From positions 124,001 to 188,000 of the forward strand of contig NW_021836137.1 in assembly GCF_006345805.1 (NCBI RefSeq): a stretch of 64,000 nt of DNA, written 5' to 3'. The notes beneath the pieces were generated by a model. The model saw only the letters and a program-made list of their open reading frames with translations. It had not been told where the DNA came from and ran no database searches. The DNA comes from Octopus sinensis. Its lineage: Eukaryota. The translations under genes were made by a program, and so were the position numbers. Below, one piece after another: positions 1-12,631 of this stretch. Each line of letters starts with the position of its first letter. Within the stretch, counting starts at the first letter, position 1.

Positions 1-299
1 TTAACAACAACTAGCTCTGCAAACTCGAATCTCTCATCAGTGACCACTAGTGCATCTTTTTTTAAAGCTAGTCCTACTGGAGTCTTGCTTACCAGTGGAA
101 ATTTAGTGAAGACAGAATTGTTACACATGACAGTAATCTTTTAACTATGTCTGGCATCTATCTCTTATCTTTTAGATTGTTAGTTTCCTATCAAATAGCA
201 CTATCACAATATATGCAAATGGAGTTTCCTTTCATACAAATTCTATTAAGCCTAGTGTACTCCATGTTAATTGCATCCAAATTTGTCTTCCACATTCTT

Positions 300-480
300 C
301 TTCTAATACGTCAATGACTTACTTGCCATAACATCAACAATGACCATTCCTATACCAAGGATACCACCCTTTCTTTACCAGCTAACTTTTCTCACCCAAG
401 TTTCATCCACATGCACTTTAGACATACCATGCCAAATCTGTACTTATTCCATAAACTGATATCAGAAAAACCTTCTCAAA
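300..480 (-). mobile_element. Very old RTE LINE 3' ORF remnant
   Basis: Frameshifted minus-strand translation gives 'LAWY...VDETWVRKV', resembling the RTE C-terminal RLRWYGHV.RM.ED.WV.K motif. Confidence 0.4.
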
Positions 481-498
481 TCAAGTTAGCATAAATCA

Positions 499-883
499 TA
501 GGTGCAAGCTGAAGCTTGCTTCCAAACCACATGGTTCCGGGTTCAGTCCCACTATATGACATCTTGAGTAAGTGTTTTCTATTATAGTCATAAACTGATC
601 AAAACCTTGTAAGTGGATTCGGTCGATGGAAACTGAAAGAAGCCCATAATGTGAGTGTGCACGTGTCTTTGTGTCCGTGTTTGCCCCACCCACACACACA
701 TCACTTGACAACCAGCAGTGGCATGTTTACATCCCTGTAACTTAACAGTTTGACAAAAGAGACCAATAGAATAATTACAAAGCTTAAAAGATAAGTACTG
801 AGGTTGATTTGTTCGACTAAAACCCTTCAGGGCAGTGCCCCAGCATGGCTGTAGTCTAATGACTAAAACAAGTAAAAGATAAA
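499..883 (+). mobile_element. tRNA-derived SINE, near full length (common octopus-type family)
   Basis: Head 'aagcttgcttccaaaccacatggttccgggttcagtccc', body 'ggaaactgaaagaagccc', tail 'cagtgccccagcatggctgtagtctaatgactaaaacaagtaaaag'. The same blocks recur at 19.15, 19.9, 44.05 and 60.6 kb in this window. Confidence 0.85.
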
Positions 884-1323
884 TGGAAAAACAAAACAGA
901 CATTTACTGCACATGCCAAGAAGATATTATTGTACCTCACCCCAACATCCCTTATACATGAGCAGCATGCAATTAGGTCCTTTACAATCACTTCAAGTGC
1001 TAGGCTCCACTATCATTGAGGACCCCTCCAGGAAAATGCATGTCTTTAACATAGGAAGGACAGCTTTCCTTTTCAACCAATCAAAAAAACATTGATAAAT
1101 TTTAATAAATCCAGTTTAATATATTTTAATCAAAATGTTGCTTTGACTGTTCATTTTGAAAAACCATCTTTGCTCAAAATACACAGATCTCTCTCTCTGT
1201 CCCACTTTCTTTCTCCAGGTCTTATTGATTGTGGTCATATCCAGTCATATATATTACTCTACCTCTGGTATTTGAGTACTCTTTTTTCCACCTTGTTTCA
1301 CATTTATAAGTTTACTCTGGTAT

Positions 1324-1387
<64 letters not shown>

Positions 1388-1789
1388 TTCTATCTTCATA
1401 TTTAGATTTACTTTCATATCACTTCTGTGTATTTTCACTCGTCAAAAAATTAATGTAACAGCAATTAAAATTTAAAAGAGATGTCGGTAATGCTGTTCAC
1501 ATATAGTGAGGATATAAAATCAAAGCACTTACATTTCACTATTCTCTAATTTTCGATTTTTCTTATAAATATTTAACTAAATTTTTCACTTCCCTTTCAT
1601 ATTTCAGTATTTATCTTTTCTCTAAAAGTTAGGAATCAGCACATTCAATAATGTAGTATTGTATACACACAAAAAAATTAAGATAGTGAACATATGAACA
1701 CACACACGTAAGTGTGCATGTATGTTGCAGTAACTGGTCCTGAAGTGCAATGGCATTGGTGGGATCTTTGGCACTATGCAGTGTCGTCC

Positions 1790-1897
1790 CGTTCTATATA
1801 TATATATAGAATATACATATATATATATATATATAGAATATACGTATATAATATATATATTTAAACATATATATCTATATGAATGTATAAAACCAAT

Positions 1898-1941
<44 letters not shown>

Positions 1942-2155
1942 CACACACATATATAAATATATATATACATATATATATATATACACACAAATATATAGAT
2001 ACACATATATATAGATACACACACATATATATATATATACATATATAGATACACACACATATACATATATATATATATATATATAGATACACACACACAT
2101 ATATATATAAATACCATACATACTTCTCCACACACACATACACACATTTCTGCAC
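1790..2155. repeat. Compound (TA)n/(CT)n/(CA)n microsatellite
   Basis: Directly visible; source of ORFs 1776..2048, 1861..2217, 1875..2171 and 1919..2161. Confidence 0.95.
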
Positions 2156-2379
2156 ACACATTTATATGCATTTATACATATTTGCAAACACGCATTTGCA
2201 TACTTGCTCCCACTCATGCATGATAAAGCTAAAACAAAAGAATTCTCAAGATATATGCATATTACTCAAAAATAAGTGTTATAGAGGAAAAAATTTTCTT
2301 TTAACTCTTCACACACACACTCACATACACACTACATCCAATATTTCAAGAGAATACCATTGACTGAATCTTTTACATG

Positions 2380-2660
2380 ACCTGAAGAACAAAGTATACT
2401 GCAATCTATTTGATGCACTAGTTTACTTTGAATGTCTACGAATTAATACCACATTGAGATTTCAGCTTTTGGCAAATATACTACCACTAAAAGGGTAGAT
2501 TGAAAAAGTTGCCAGAAATTCTTTATATATTGATGTTAAAGGAGAAATATATGGAATTTCCAGAAATCCGTAGACTTCTAAAATGGGCTATGGCAATATA
2601 GATCTATCGATTCAACAGAAGCTCGCTTTTTACTTAAGATAGGAGAAACCTAATAGCAAG
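2380..2660 (+). mobile_element. Possible hAT transposase C-terminal remnant
   Basis: Translation 'KYMEFPEIRRLLKWAMAI*IYRFNRSSLF' resembles the hAT dimerisation motif FP.L..LA...L.IP.SS...ER.FS; stops are present. Confidence 0.35.
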
Positions 2661-4679
2661 TATAATACAATCAGGAAATTCTCTAAAATGAAGAATTTGG
2701 TATCTTTGACAAACATGAAAGATCATAATTCAGTTGAATCATTTTAGTTTTATTTTTGTATTTTATATCTAAAAATCTACCTGCAATGCAATAATGGAGA
2801 GAAAAGAACTTATGCAAGTTTAACTCACTTGAAACATTAATTGTTGTCAAGTTTGAAACTAAAAGCTATAATTAAATTTCAAATTCTTTATAATTGCTAT
2901 CTTTAGTGATCACTATTCTCTTTTACACATTTCCCAAACAACTACAGTTTTGAAAAAGTTCTAAATTTGAATTTATATCTAGTCAAATTCTCTTTGCATC
3001 TGTCAACTTTTAATACAATCAAGCTTCTTTTCTTTGAATGTGTATCTGTATAAGTATGTGTGTGTGTGCGTGCACACACACACACACAAATACATGTAAT
3101 ATAAGTTATTGCAATTGATGAGTATTACTGAAATATATTCCTTTCTCACTCTGAGAACTATTGTGATTGCTTAATTCTTCATCATCATCATTATGCAATT
3201 ATTTCATAACAACCTGAGTTGTCACAATTTATCATCTCTTTCTTGAGGTTCAGCATTGAGATTGTCTCTCCTCATTTCTTCTCATGTCTATCTCACTTTT
3301 TTTTTTCTTTTCTCTTTCAAACATTCTTTCCACGTGGAATACCTCTGTATCCAGCTATCACCAGCCATACTTATCTGATTCCCATACCCATGTAGTTTTC
3401 TTATTCTCTAAAAATGATTTTTCTTACACCCAGTTTTTCTCTCACTTCATATATGATCCATCATTCATGTATACTAACATTACAAACTCAAAAGAAACTA
3501 CTCGCTAAATTTCTTTCCAGCTTTCACATAACCTCAGTATTTAAATAGTCTGTACTTAATTATTTTGTCACATGCTCTAGCTACTTCAGTTCCTTTATGA
3601 ATCTATTTTTCTGTCAACAACAAGGTCTACTCTACTCACCAAAACCCTATTACTAACTTAGAAGAATCTGTGCCTCTCTCCTTTTCCCAAGTGATGCTTG
3701 TGTTCCATGCTCATGTGATGCTTGACTGAGGTTGCTCTCCATCTTACCTCTTGTACACAATGCACGCCTACTCATTTCTGCTCCAGCATCAAATTTAGAG
3801 AAATTATAAATAATCTCTCTAAATTTGCTGTTCTTCAAACAGCAAAAGTTTAGCAACTTTGAAGTTTTGTACATGACGAGATGATGGACTTTCCAGTAGT
3901 GAATGCATGTCTGTTTCATAAATCAGTTTTTCAGTTATTCTCCATTTGACCACTCAAATAACATGCACAGCACTAACATGGTAAACATTAGTAATGTGTT
4001 TTTAAGTTTTGTGATATCTGCATGATTTTAATGACTTGACGTCTTTCTTAGTATCAACTTTACAGTATGATCTGAATGTAGTCAATAGTACCATCAACAC
4101 TAGACAGATTGTTTGTCAAAACTAAGATGTTCCTTTAATACTGTGTCAGTTCTATTCAAGAGTTGCTGATGCCCCAATGCAGAGTGCCTTATCTATAAAG
4201 GGAGTATCTCCTCTAAACAGATTTTTATTGAGAGTTACTGCTTTCCCCTATGATTTACTTTCATAATAACTTGTAGAGCATATGTATCCTTCAATTAACT
4301 ATAAATACTAATATTATCCCTCATAACTTAACAAAATCATCAATTGTTTGACTGCCACCTCTCTAAAGAAATTGCTGTTTGTCATCATTAAAACAAAAAC
4401 ACAATTGTTTATTGGTTTAAAAAAATTACTTTTTAGAGCTTTTAGATATGAAGTGAATAACTTATAAACACAAAGATAGTCTCCCACTTCCTTTTTTTCC
4501 TCATGCAGACAAACACACACACACACGCATGCATGCACACACAAGAATGATTCTGTAAGTGAATCACACTCATGAAATTTGAATTTTGAACTCTGTCTTC
4601 AGTTAGAACTATTTAACCATTAGTTAACCATATTTCTTCATCAATGCAAAAAGTCACAATCCCCAATATCATAATCCTC

Positions 4680-5130
4680 CTGCTCTCCCTCCTCATTATT
4701 ATCGTCCTCTTTGCAGCTGCTTTACATTTTGACATAGATCAGAAGACCCCTTCTCTCTTGTGTCTGCTTTCGCATAGTTTCTATACCTGGATATCCTTCT
4801 AAATACCAGACACTTTACAGAGTGCAGTAGGTACTTTGTTCATGGCACCACTACAAGTGAGTTTATCCTTCTAAATACAAGATATTTTACAAAGTATAGT
4901 AGCTACTTTGTTCATGGTACCTCTACAAGTAAGGTTGCCTTGTAACTAAAGAGCCTTCTTGAGAGAGAGAATACTGAAGTGAGTGCTTTATGTCGGGTAC
5001 TGAGAGGATAATATGTGGGAAGAGAAGGGACAAGTTTGTTGTGGAGGAGAATCATGGATACATCATATTTGACATAGGAGGGTGAGGGTATGGTGCAACA
5101 GCATGCTGGAATAGTGCCACCACTATCATA
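4680..5130 (-). mobile_element. Decayed RTE 3' UTR with internal ~72-bp duplication
   Basis: 'tatccttctaaatac.aga.a.tttaca.agt..agtag.tactttgttcatgg.acc.ctacaagt' occurs twice (~4791-4935). It is similar to the reverse complement of the RTE 3' UTR at 13.6 and 56.5 kb. Confidence 0.55.
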
Positions 5131-5732
5131 ATTACACTTCTTAAAACATAAATACTTCAATAACATAAGAAGCAAAACTTAACTGAAACTTGGTTTTTTC
5201 TGTGTATTATCAGTAATATTCTGTAATTTCTCAAAATAACATGCTTTCATACAACACAAATAGACTATTAGATATGATAGAAACTATATGCCCCCAAAAT
5301 ATGATTAAATTTATACAAGAACTTTCAGACATATTACATATTAATGGAACTCTGACACTTTATTTTCTTCAAATACAGATTTATTCTAAGATAAATTGTA
5401 CAGAAAACTATTTAACTAAACTTCAATATAGTGGATATATTTGTATTGGGATTCTTTTCTACACTGCTTGAAGCATTGCAAGATGTTTAAAATGCTGCAC
5501 AATAGAAGTTCCATTCCAGTACATAAAAAAAAATAACCAGATGTTCAAATCAATTATGAGAAAAATACACTTTCCATAATCAGAAAAATTTAAAGTTTAT
5601 TGATAATATATTGATATCATATTTAATAACTAAAACAATTGCTGACAAATCAACTTAATACTTAAAGTTACTAATGAATGTAGGTTATAGGAGTTCTAAT
5701 TTTGGTACAAGTTCAGATATTTTTTTTTATAG

Positions 5733-5814
5733 ATGATTATTGTCAACTTAGTGATTTGTTATTTTATCAACCACAAAAAGAAGGAAAAGTCAACCATGGC
5801 AGAATTTGTATTCG
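5733..5814 (+). CDS. Candidate internal exon (phase 1->2), xDYCQLSDLLFYQPQKEGKVNHGRICI(R)
   Basis: Acceptor tttttttttatag|, donor cg|gtatga, open frame. No homologue recognised. Confidence 0.3.
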
Positions 5815-7220
5815 GTATGAAGAGGAATACAACCAAATATTGCAAAGTACATAGTTTATGCCCTACTATTTGTCATCCAGCACTGAAGACTAAAAAACAA
5901 AACCTATTTGTAGATCTTAATACTTAAGATACTGACAAGTAAGATATTTCAGTGCACTAAATCCAACAATAAGTGCCTGTATCTTAAAATTGGTTTTGGT
6001 TAATGCACAGGTTAGTAGAAAAAGAAAAGGATTTTACACACTAGATAAAAGAACTCACAAAATTTTAAATAACTTCAAGACCTTATATTAAAGGAAATAG
6101 TTGTTTAAAGCTCTCAAAATAATATGTAGCTCTGAATGCAAGCACTGAAGTTGCAAACTACATGATGTGTGTGTTTTTATTGCATGCTTGTATGCAACCA
6201 TGTAGGCATAATGTCTGATGTTTTGGGTATATTACAAAGACCTTGAAGAGAAAACTGATTTTGTAACTAAAAGGAAAAAAAAAGAAAATATGATATTCAC
6301 TTTACTGAAGAACACAATATATTAAGGATAAAATAAACAAAAAATATCAATAATTTTAAGATAACCAAGAACCTATGTAAATAATCAACTCTCAAATTGC
6401 CTCTAAATAATATATGACATTAATGTATCTACTACAATCTACTTTGGAATTTAGTAATGTACAAATATTTTTACAGTAATATTTCACAATATACAACAAC
6501 AGAAATAATAGGACTGTTAAACAAAATATCCTTGATCAAAGCTTAATATCAAGCATTTAATTAATAATATATATTGCAACACACTACAACTACTGAGTCT
6601 AGAACAAATTCTAAACCCCTTTGGAGACAACTAGTTCCAAATCTTCTGTTGCTGTATCCTCCTTAGGGATTACAATGTTAAATGCTAAACTGATACCAGT
6701 AAAGCATGTATAATGGATATAACCGACATGTAAACAATCTGTATGAAGGAGTATACACGCATGTTTCTATCACACTAAATCTAAATGAGATCCACTTAGG
6801 TTAAAATTGTAACTCTGTCTCTACAAGTTATAAATCCCAAAATTGTTTCTGAAAAATTACTAAAAGCATTTCCATCAGAACCATGTTATTTCACTATAAT
6901 AATAGCATCAATATCAATGATTGCAAACTTGGAAATAACAATAAGATTCAGCAAATGCTTACAGCAGCAAAATAAACACAAGATCATAGTTGTGTACATC
7001 TAATTTATTCGCATGCACCAAATAATTAATCAAGAATTACAAAGACAAAGCTTTCAGAAAATAATCAAAAGTTAACATCATTCATCTAACTTTATCTTAA
7101 TTTTGTAGTATATTATGATAATATAAATTTGTATAATTCAAAAATACAATTTAAAAATTACTATAAATTTTTGAAATTTCTATGCTTATTGCAAGAGGTA
7201 ACTTTTATTATTATTTTTAG

Positions 7221-7258
7221 AGTATTTAGAAACTGCTACTTTGAACAAATTCTAATAC
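7221..7258 (+). CDS. Candidate short exon (phase 2->1), VFRNCYFEQILI
   Basis: Acceptor ttattatttttag|, donor ac|gtaagt. Only one frame is open and it matches the phase of 5733-5814. Confidence 0.25.
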
Positions 7259-7780
7259 GTAAGTGAGATGTGGTCACATTTTTGAAACTAAGCCAATCAG
7301 CAATTTGGTGTAGTGCCAAGCACTCATAGCTAGATCTGCTCAAATCTAGCCTATGTTAGCTAACAATCTCAGTATTAAGTCCAATCAAAATATATATGCC
7401 AAGAACAAATTGAAATTTAATGCTGATTAATCAAGCATACAATTCATTGGAAATAGTTCAATGACTACTACAAGAAAACCATCTGCAATATATAAAGCTA
7501 AATTATCAGATTCACAATGAGAGACCTATGTATTCAAGTAATGATGGACTAGATACACTTACAATACATATCCTATAGAGATCCAAAAACAAAAATGTCA
7601 TATTGACAAAGTATATATGACTACAAAAAGTACATATCTACAATAGTTACCATAGTCATACCGAAAGAGGTTTATTTCAGAAAAACATACCAATCTCAAA
7701 AATTGACATAGTTTTATAAGCTACTGTTATAAACAGATATTTGAAAAGCACATAATCATATGTAAGTTACACAAATTTAA

Positions 7781-8012
7781 CCCTTTAGCATTAAGAATTT
7801 AACCCTTTCTGGCCACACCTGGCCCAAATATTCTACTTGTTTTAGCTTCAAACCAACCAGATACAGCCTTTCACACATAACCTACAATGTCATTCTAAAT
7901 ATGAACATTCATCTCATCAAAATAATGAAGCTTCAAGATAATGCATTATTAATTAAAAACAATATGAATAAATAAGCATTAAACTTGACAGAGAAATAAG
8001 AATACTAAAGGG
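7781..8012. mobile_element. piggyBac-like MITE
   Basis: TTAA|CCCTTTAGCATT...AATACTAAAGGG|TTAA: terminal inverted repeats with TTAA on both sides (7777-7780, 8013-8016). A related copy lies at 33687-33896 in the opposite orientation. Confidence 0.75.
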
Positions 8013-8602
8013 TTAAATATACAAATAATGTACAAGACAGTTCTCCACAGTAAACTATCTTTCTAGAAATAACTGCCAAATCTCCCTCAAATCATATCTT
8101 CCTGTCTTAAACAAGAAAAGACAGAGAAAATGGTTACAGCTAGAATGCCTTTAATCATGTTTGTTTAATCAAGGTTCAGGGCTAAAACCCAACAACACAA
8201 TACATAAAACAGACATATTCAAGATTAAAGACTAAACAAGTTAGTAATTCCATAAAAAGACATATTTTTCAATAACATCAAGTAACTATTCTACATAGCT
8301 ATTATAAGTAGTAATCATCAGTCTAAGTGATAACAGAAAATGTGCAATAATATCAATGCATTTAAGACTTTTACCTGCTCTATTTACCAAGTCTATTATG
8401 ATACTATATTTATATAGATCAACAAATGTTCAATTGTCTTGAAATGATGCCATATAAATTGTAGCGGAGCCATCCAACAATAACTTAATAAAAGAATATA
8501 ACAAAAGATTATTTGTCATTACAAAAACGTTATATCCTTGAGCAAAGCTGATCATACTGATTGCTTTATTTTGCCTGACTTAAAAAATTAATAAATGAAA
8601 TG

Positions 8603-8972
8603 AAACAAGAATACTCAGGGAGTGCAAACCTCTGCCAAGGCAACACCAACATCCTCTCAACAATTAGCCAAAGAGGATTTTTAAAATGAGAACATCTGAA
8701 ATAAACTCGATGGCTCTCACAAATGAGAATACTAAAAATGATCCCAACCACTCTCAAAACTTGAGTAAAAAAAACTGGAAAAATAATCCAGAAACCTCGT
8801 CTAGTACCAGATCAATCCCAAAATTTAATCAGTTCATACCAGTCATGAGGCCAAACATCCCTCAAAATATCATCTGAATCTGTCCAGTGGTTCTTGAGAT
8901 ATCTTGTCCATGGACAAAAAACAAACACAACTGAAAATAATACCTATGCCATCGCTAAGGTGGAGGTAATAA
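8603..8972 (+). mobile_element. Non-autonomous Helentron-associated (HINE/DINE-like) element
   Basis: Sub-terminal inverted repeat 'aacctctgccaagg' vs 'ctaaggtggaggt', 3' stem-loop followed by 'aataa', internal 'caaaatttaatcagtt...ttcttgagatatc...aaacaaac'. Family assignment is from recalled structure. Confidence 0.5.
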
Positions 8973-9058
8973 TAACAATAAAAAAAACAGATGTCATTAT
9001 GTCATAGGCAGGTGGTTAGTGACAGTGAGGTGAAGAATGCAGCTGTAGAAACAATTAC

Positions 9059-9358
9059 CCAAACACAAAAGAAGAAGCAAGCAATGGTATGTATAACAGT
9101 GGTTTTGGATAAGCAAACAAAACCTCACTAACAATGACATCATTATTACATAAATACCATATGTCTGAAAAATACCCTCATTGCACAATGTCCTAGAAAG
9201 ATGAAATACAATATTTGCCCAACAAAAATATCACATATGCAAAAAATAATACCTTCTAAACAAAGAGACATGATATGCTTGACAACGGATTCAAATACAC
9301 TTGCAAATTGCCCCTTTGTAATAAGTGCACAATTAATGCAATTACCCACTAGTTCATT
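9059..9358 (-). CDS. Candidate two-exon segment (9253-9358 and 9059-9164; 88-nt GT-AG intron)
   Basis: Spliced frame is open: NELVGNCINCALITKGQFASVFESVVKHIMSLCLE-D-IWYLCNNDVIVSEVLFAYPKPLLYIPLLASSFVF(G). No homologue recognised, and competing plus-strand readings exist. Confidence 0.2.
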
Positions 9359-9779
9359 CTTTAAAGTACGATAAGAGATAGTTCTGACAGCATAATTGTA
9401 ACAAATGTTCACAATACTACTATTACTTTATAAAAATATGGCATTGTAAAGATGTGTGTGTGTGCGTCACGAGATATCAGAAGTAATTACAAGCAAACCA
9501 ACTTAAGAAAATACATGGTTTCAAAAACTTATCATAACTTGGAATTAAGAATTAGTCTGACTGAAAACAATACCAATTTCTAGTGTTAAGCATTAAATTC
9601 CCGACTTGAACTAAATTATTATTCACAGAAAACAAGACAAAGAATACACACATATCTATTTGTACAATGCGATGAAGGAAAAATAGAGAATACATCTGAC
9701 ATAAATTGCAAGGATAATTATCTAAATTCTGGGTTTTTGAAGATTGAACAACCAATATTATATGATCAAAGAGATCTTT

Positions 9780-10200
9780 TTATAAAAATAGATCCATGGT
9801 AGAGCATCAGAAAGAAATAGTAGAAAGAGAATGAAAAAGACCAAAATCAAGTGATATAGTTTAAAATAATACATAGTTGTAGAAAGAGATATAAGGAGAA
9901 AAACAGATTGACTAAAAGAGAAGAGAGAGATAGAGAAATGGACCGGGGAAAGAGAGATACTGTGCATGTATGAGATACGATAATACATAGTGAAAGCAAA
10001 ACAGAAAGAATGCAAATTAATAAGAGTGATATAAGGAATTGATGTGGGGCAAAGCAAGGAAAAACTAGCTGTTACAGAATGGAACTGCAGAAAGGAAAAG
10101 AAAGGAAAGAAATGAGAAAGAGAAACTGATAGATAACGAAATGGAGACAGTGACAAAAAAAGATCAACAAATTGAAGGAAAGCAAAGAAGTAATAATAGA
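9780..10200. repeat. GA-rich low-complexity tract
   Basis: Purine-rich on plus strand; explains the F/S/L-rich ORF 9758..10234. Confidence 0.85.
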
Positions 10201-10753
10201 AAGCTTTGGAGGCTGAGAGCTTTACATCTCTCAATATGCATGTCTACCTTTCAAATTGTGCATCGTTTTGAAAGTAATGTGAGAAACTTCAGAAACCTGC
10301 TGATCACAAAATACTGCAGGAAACAACTCTAGTGATGAGAGAAAGGTAAAAGGTGAAATTTACACCAAATTCACCTATTAATATGAGAGCGTGCAGTTAG
10401 TTCCGAAGGAGTGTTGGTTTCAGTATTGATTCCTATATTTTTCTACAGATACTACTACAGCGAATGCAATTCTGGTTATATCTGCTATGAGCGAATGTGC
10501 AGAAGCCAGATGAAACCTATATGTATTCAATTAAATGCAAATATGTGTTGTCAATAAAAGAGAAAAACCTGTGTAACTGCAAGTGGTTGAAATCAAGTTG
10601 TGTATAAACATACAAAGTTAACAGATTCACATGTATGCTATTATCTGTGTATATATGTATAAACAGCTGAACAGTTATAATGATTTTATGAATATAAAAA
10701 TGAACAAGTGTTTTGTGTGTGTGTATATGTATGTATGTATATATCTATATATA

Positions 10754-10791
<38 letters not shown>

Positions 10792-11360
10792 TAAAAGAAA
10801 TAATCTCATTACACTATATCCATTCTATTCAAAAAATAAGGCAATAAATTCCTTAAAATCACAACAAATGCCAGTTCTCCAAAATATTTAATGTTCTTTC
10901 ATAATAGCATATCTATAAAACTGCCAAAATTCTATTCAACGTTTCTGAGTTTCTAGAGAGAGAGTAATGTTATTTATATCAGAGTAATACCCTAATATAT
11001 GGAACTGCAATATACACACAAGGATCCTATAGACATTTGAAAATGAAAATATCATCTGGAAAGTTTGTTGACAAAGAATCAACAACAGACATATATTTCC
11101 TCTCTCTGTTTCAATATATCATGTCTACAACAGTTTCTGCTCTTTTCTGAGCAAAAATCAGAAAACAACAATGTTCCATATTCACCCAAGTCTATCCAAA
11201 ACGCCTATCAATAATCCTGACACTTTAGTGCTACTGAGTCTGTCCTCAACAGTGTTGCACTAAATACTTTTCTTGATAGTTCTGTATACTTTAAGAAATC
11301 CCTTCTCTCTCTTCTGCTATGTTTTTACTTCATGCAGGTGAACATTACATTTCTAACAGA

Positions 11361-11640
11361 TCATCATCATTGTTCGACCGTGGTCGAGACAATGGAATTT
11401 ACCATGCTACGCCATACTTCACGGTCCAACATGGCATTACGGAGGTCCTGTTGCTGGATGCCTGTATCCCTGGAGATTACATCAGGGTAGGAGAGTGTGC
11501 ACCCTCTGGTATCGTGAGTAGACGGCTTCCAGAGGAGAAGAGTAGAAATTACCTCTTTTTCAGCTCTACAACAATGTCCAGATCATAATTGCTTCTTCTC
11601 TGGCCACTCTTCACATGGTCTCCACATTCAATACTTTAGT
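11361..11640 (-). mobile_element. RTE-clade LINE 3' end (5'-truncated)
   Basis: Minus translation 'GHCCRAEKEVISTLLLWKPSTHDTRGCTLSYPDVISRDTGIQQQDLRNAMLDREVWRSMVNSIVSTTVEQ*' followed by a (GAT)n tail; typical RTE C-terminus. Confidence 0.85.
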
Positions 11641-11659
11641 TAAACTCCAAGGGTCCCCA

Positions 11660-12573
11660 CTAAGTTTGGGAAGACAAAGGCGATGGTGAGCAGGGTGGAA
11701 AGAGACGTGTTAGTGAGTAAGGTGGATTCATGTGGTGTATGTGGGAGGAGGGTAAAGGAAAATGCGGTGTTGTGTACGAGATGTAAGAAATGGATTCATG
11801 GTAGGTGTACAAAAATGAAGTAGGTGATCCCAAGACTGGCGAGAGAGTTTGTTTGTGGAAGATGTGACAAAGAAGCTGGAGGGCTGGCGGAGCCAGTAGA
11901 AATGCTATGTGACGAAGTGGAAATGGTGAGAGAGTTTTGTTATTTAGGAGACAGGGGGAATGTAAGTGGTAGATGTGAAGCAGCTGTGACGGCAGGAGCG
12001 AGACTTGGCTGGGTGAAGTTCAGGAAATGTAGAGTGTTGTTATATGGGAAAAGGTTCCCATTAAAGATGAAAGGAGTGGGGTCTATAAGAGTGTGTGAGA
12101 GCCGCAATGCTGTATGGGAGAGAGAGAGAGACATTGTGTCTGATGGGGGAGAGAGAGATGGCAATTTTGAGAAGGACTGAGAGAGCAATGGTGAGAGAAA
12201 TGTGTGGGGTGAAGCTGTTTGATAAGAGAAGGAATGAGGATTTGATGGAAATGCTGGAGTTGGAGGAATGGTTGGCAAGGGCAAATGAAGTGAGGTGGTA
12301 TGGGCATGTGTTGAGGAGGGATGAAGGGCATGTTCTGAGGAGGGTGATTGTCTTTAAGGTAAATGGCATGCAAAAGATGAGGTAGACCAAGGAAAAGGTG
12401 GTGGGGACAGATGGAGGAGAAAATTGGGAGGGCTGGTTTGAAAAGAGGAGGACATCCAAAACCAGGCAAGATGTTGAGATAGTGTGAGGAAGGTTGCTAT
12501 GGTTTTGAAGTAGATCTGGCCACCCCCATTAACAGGGACAAAACCCGGATTTAAACTCATGGATGATGATGAT
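11660..12573 (+). mobile_element. RTE-clade LINE 3' fragment (post-RT region, frameshifted)
   Basis: 'KTKAMVS...SCGVCGRRVKENAVLCTRCKKWIHGRC', 'EFCYLGD...CEAAVTAGARLGWVKFR', 'RAAMLYG...ANEVRWYGHVLRRDEGHVLRR'; ends in a (GAT)n tail. Confidence 0.9.
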
Positions 12574-12631
12574 AGTACATAACCTTTCTCTACATATGTA
12601 TGTCACCATCATCATTTAACATCCACTTTCA

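Noticed and set aside
1-175. Open frames on both strands at the window start (S/T-rich plus; 'KTPVGLALKKDALVVTD' minus)
   Set aside because: Truncated by the edge, weak splice sites, no recognisable homology, adjacent to LINE debris.
1092-2217. I/Y/C/V-rich ORFs here and at 10631, 12861, 13374-13817, 17914-18277 and 31437-31930
   Set aside because: They are translations of (TA)n/(CA)n/(TG)n microsatellites, which lack stops in some frames.
11319-11588. 89-aa plus ORF
   Set aside because: Antisense of the RTE C-terminus at 11361-11640.
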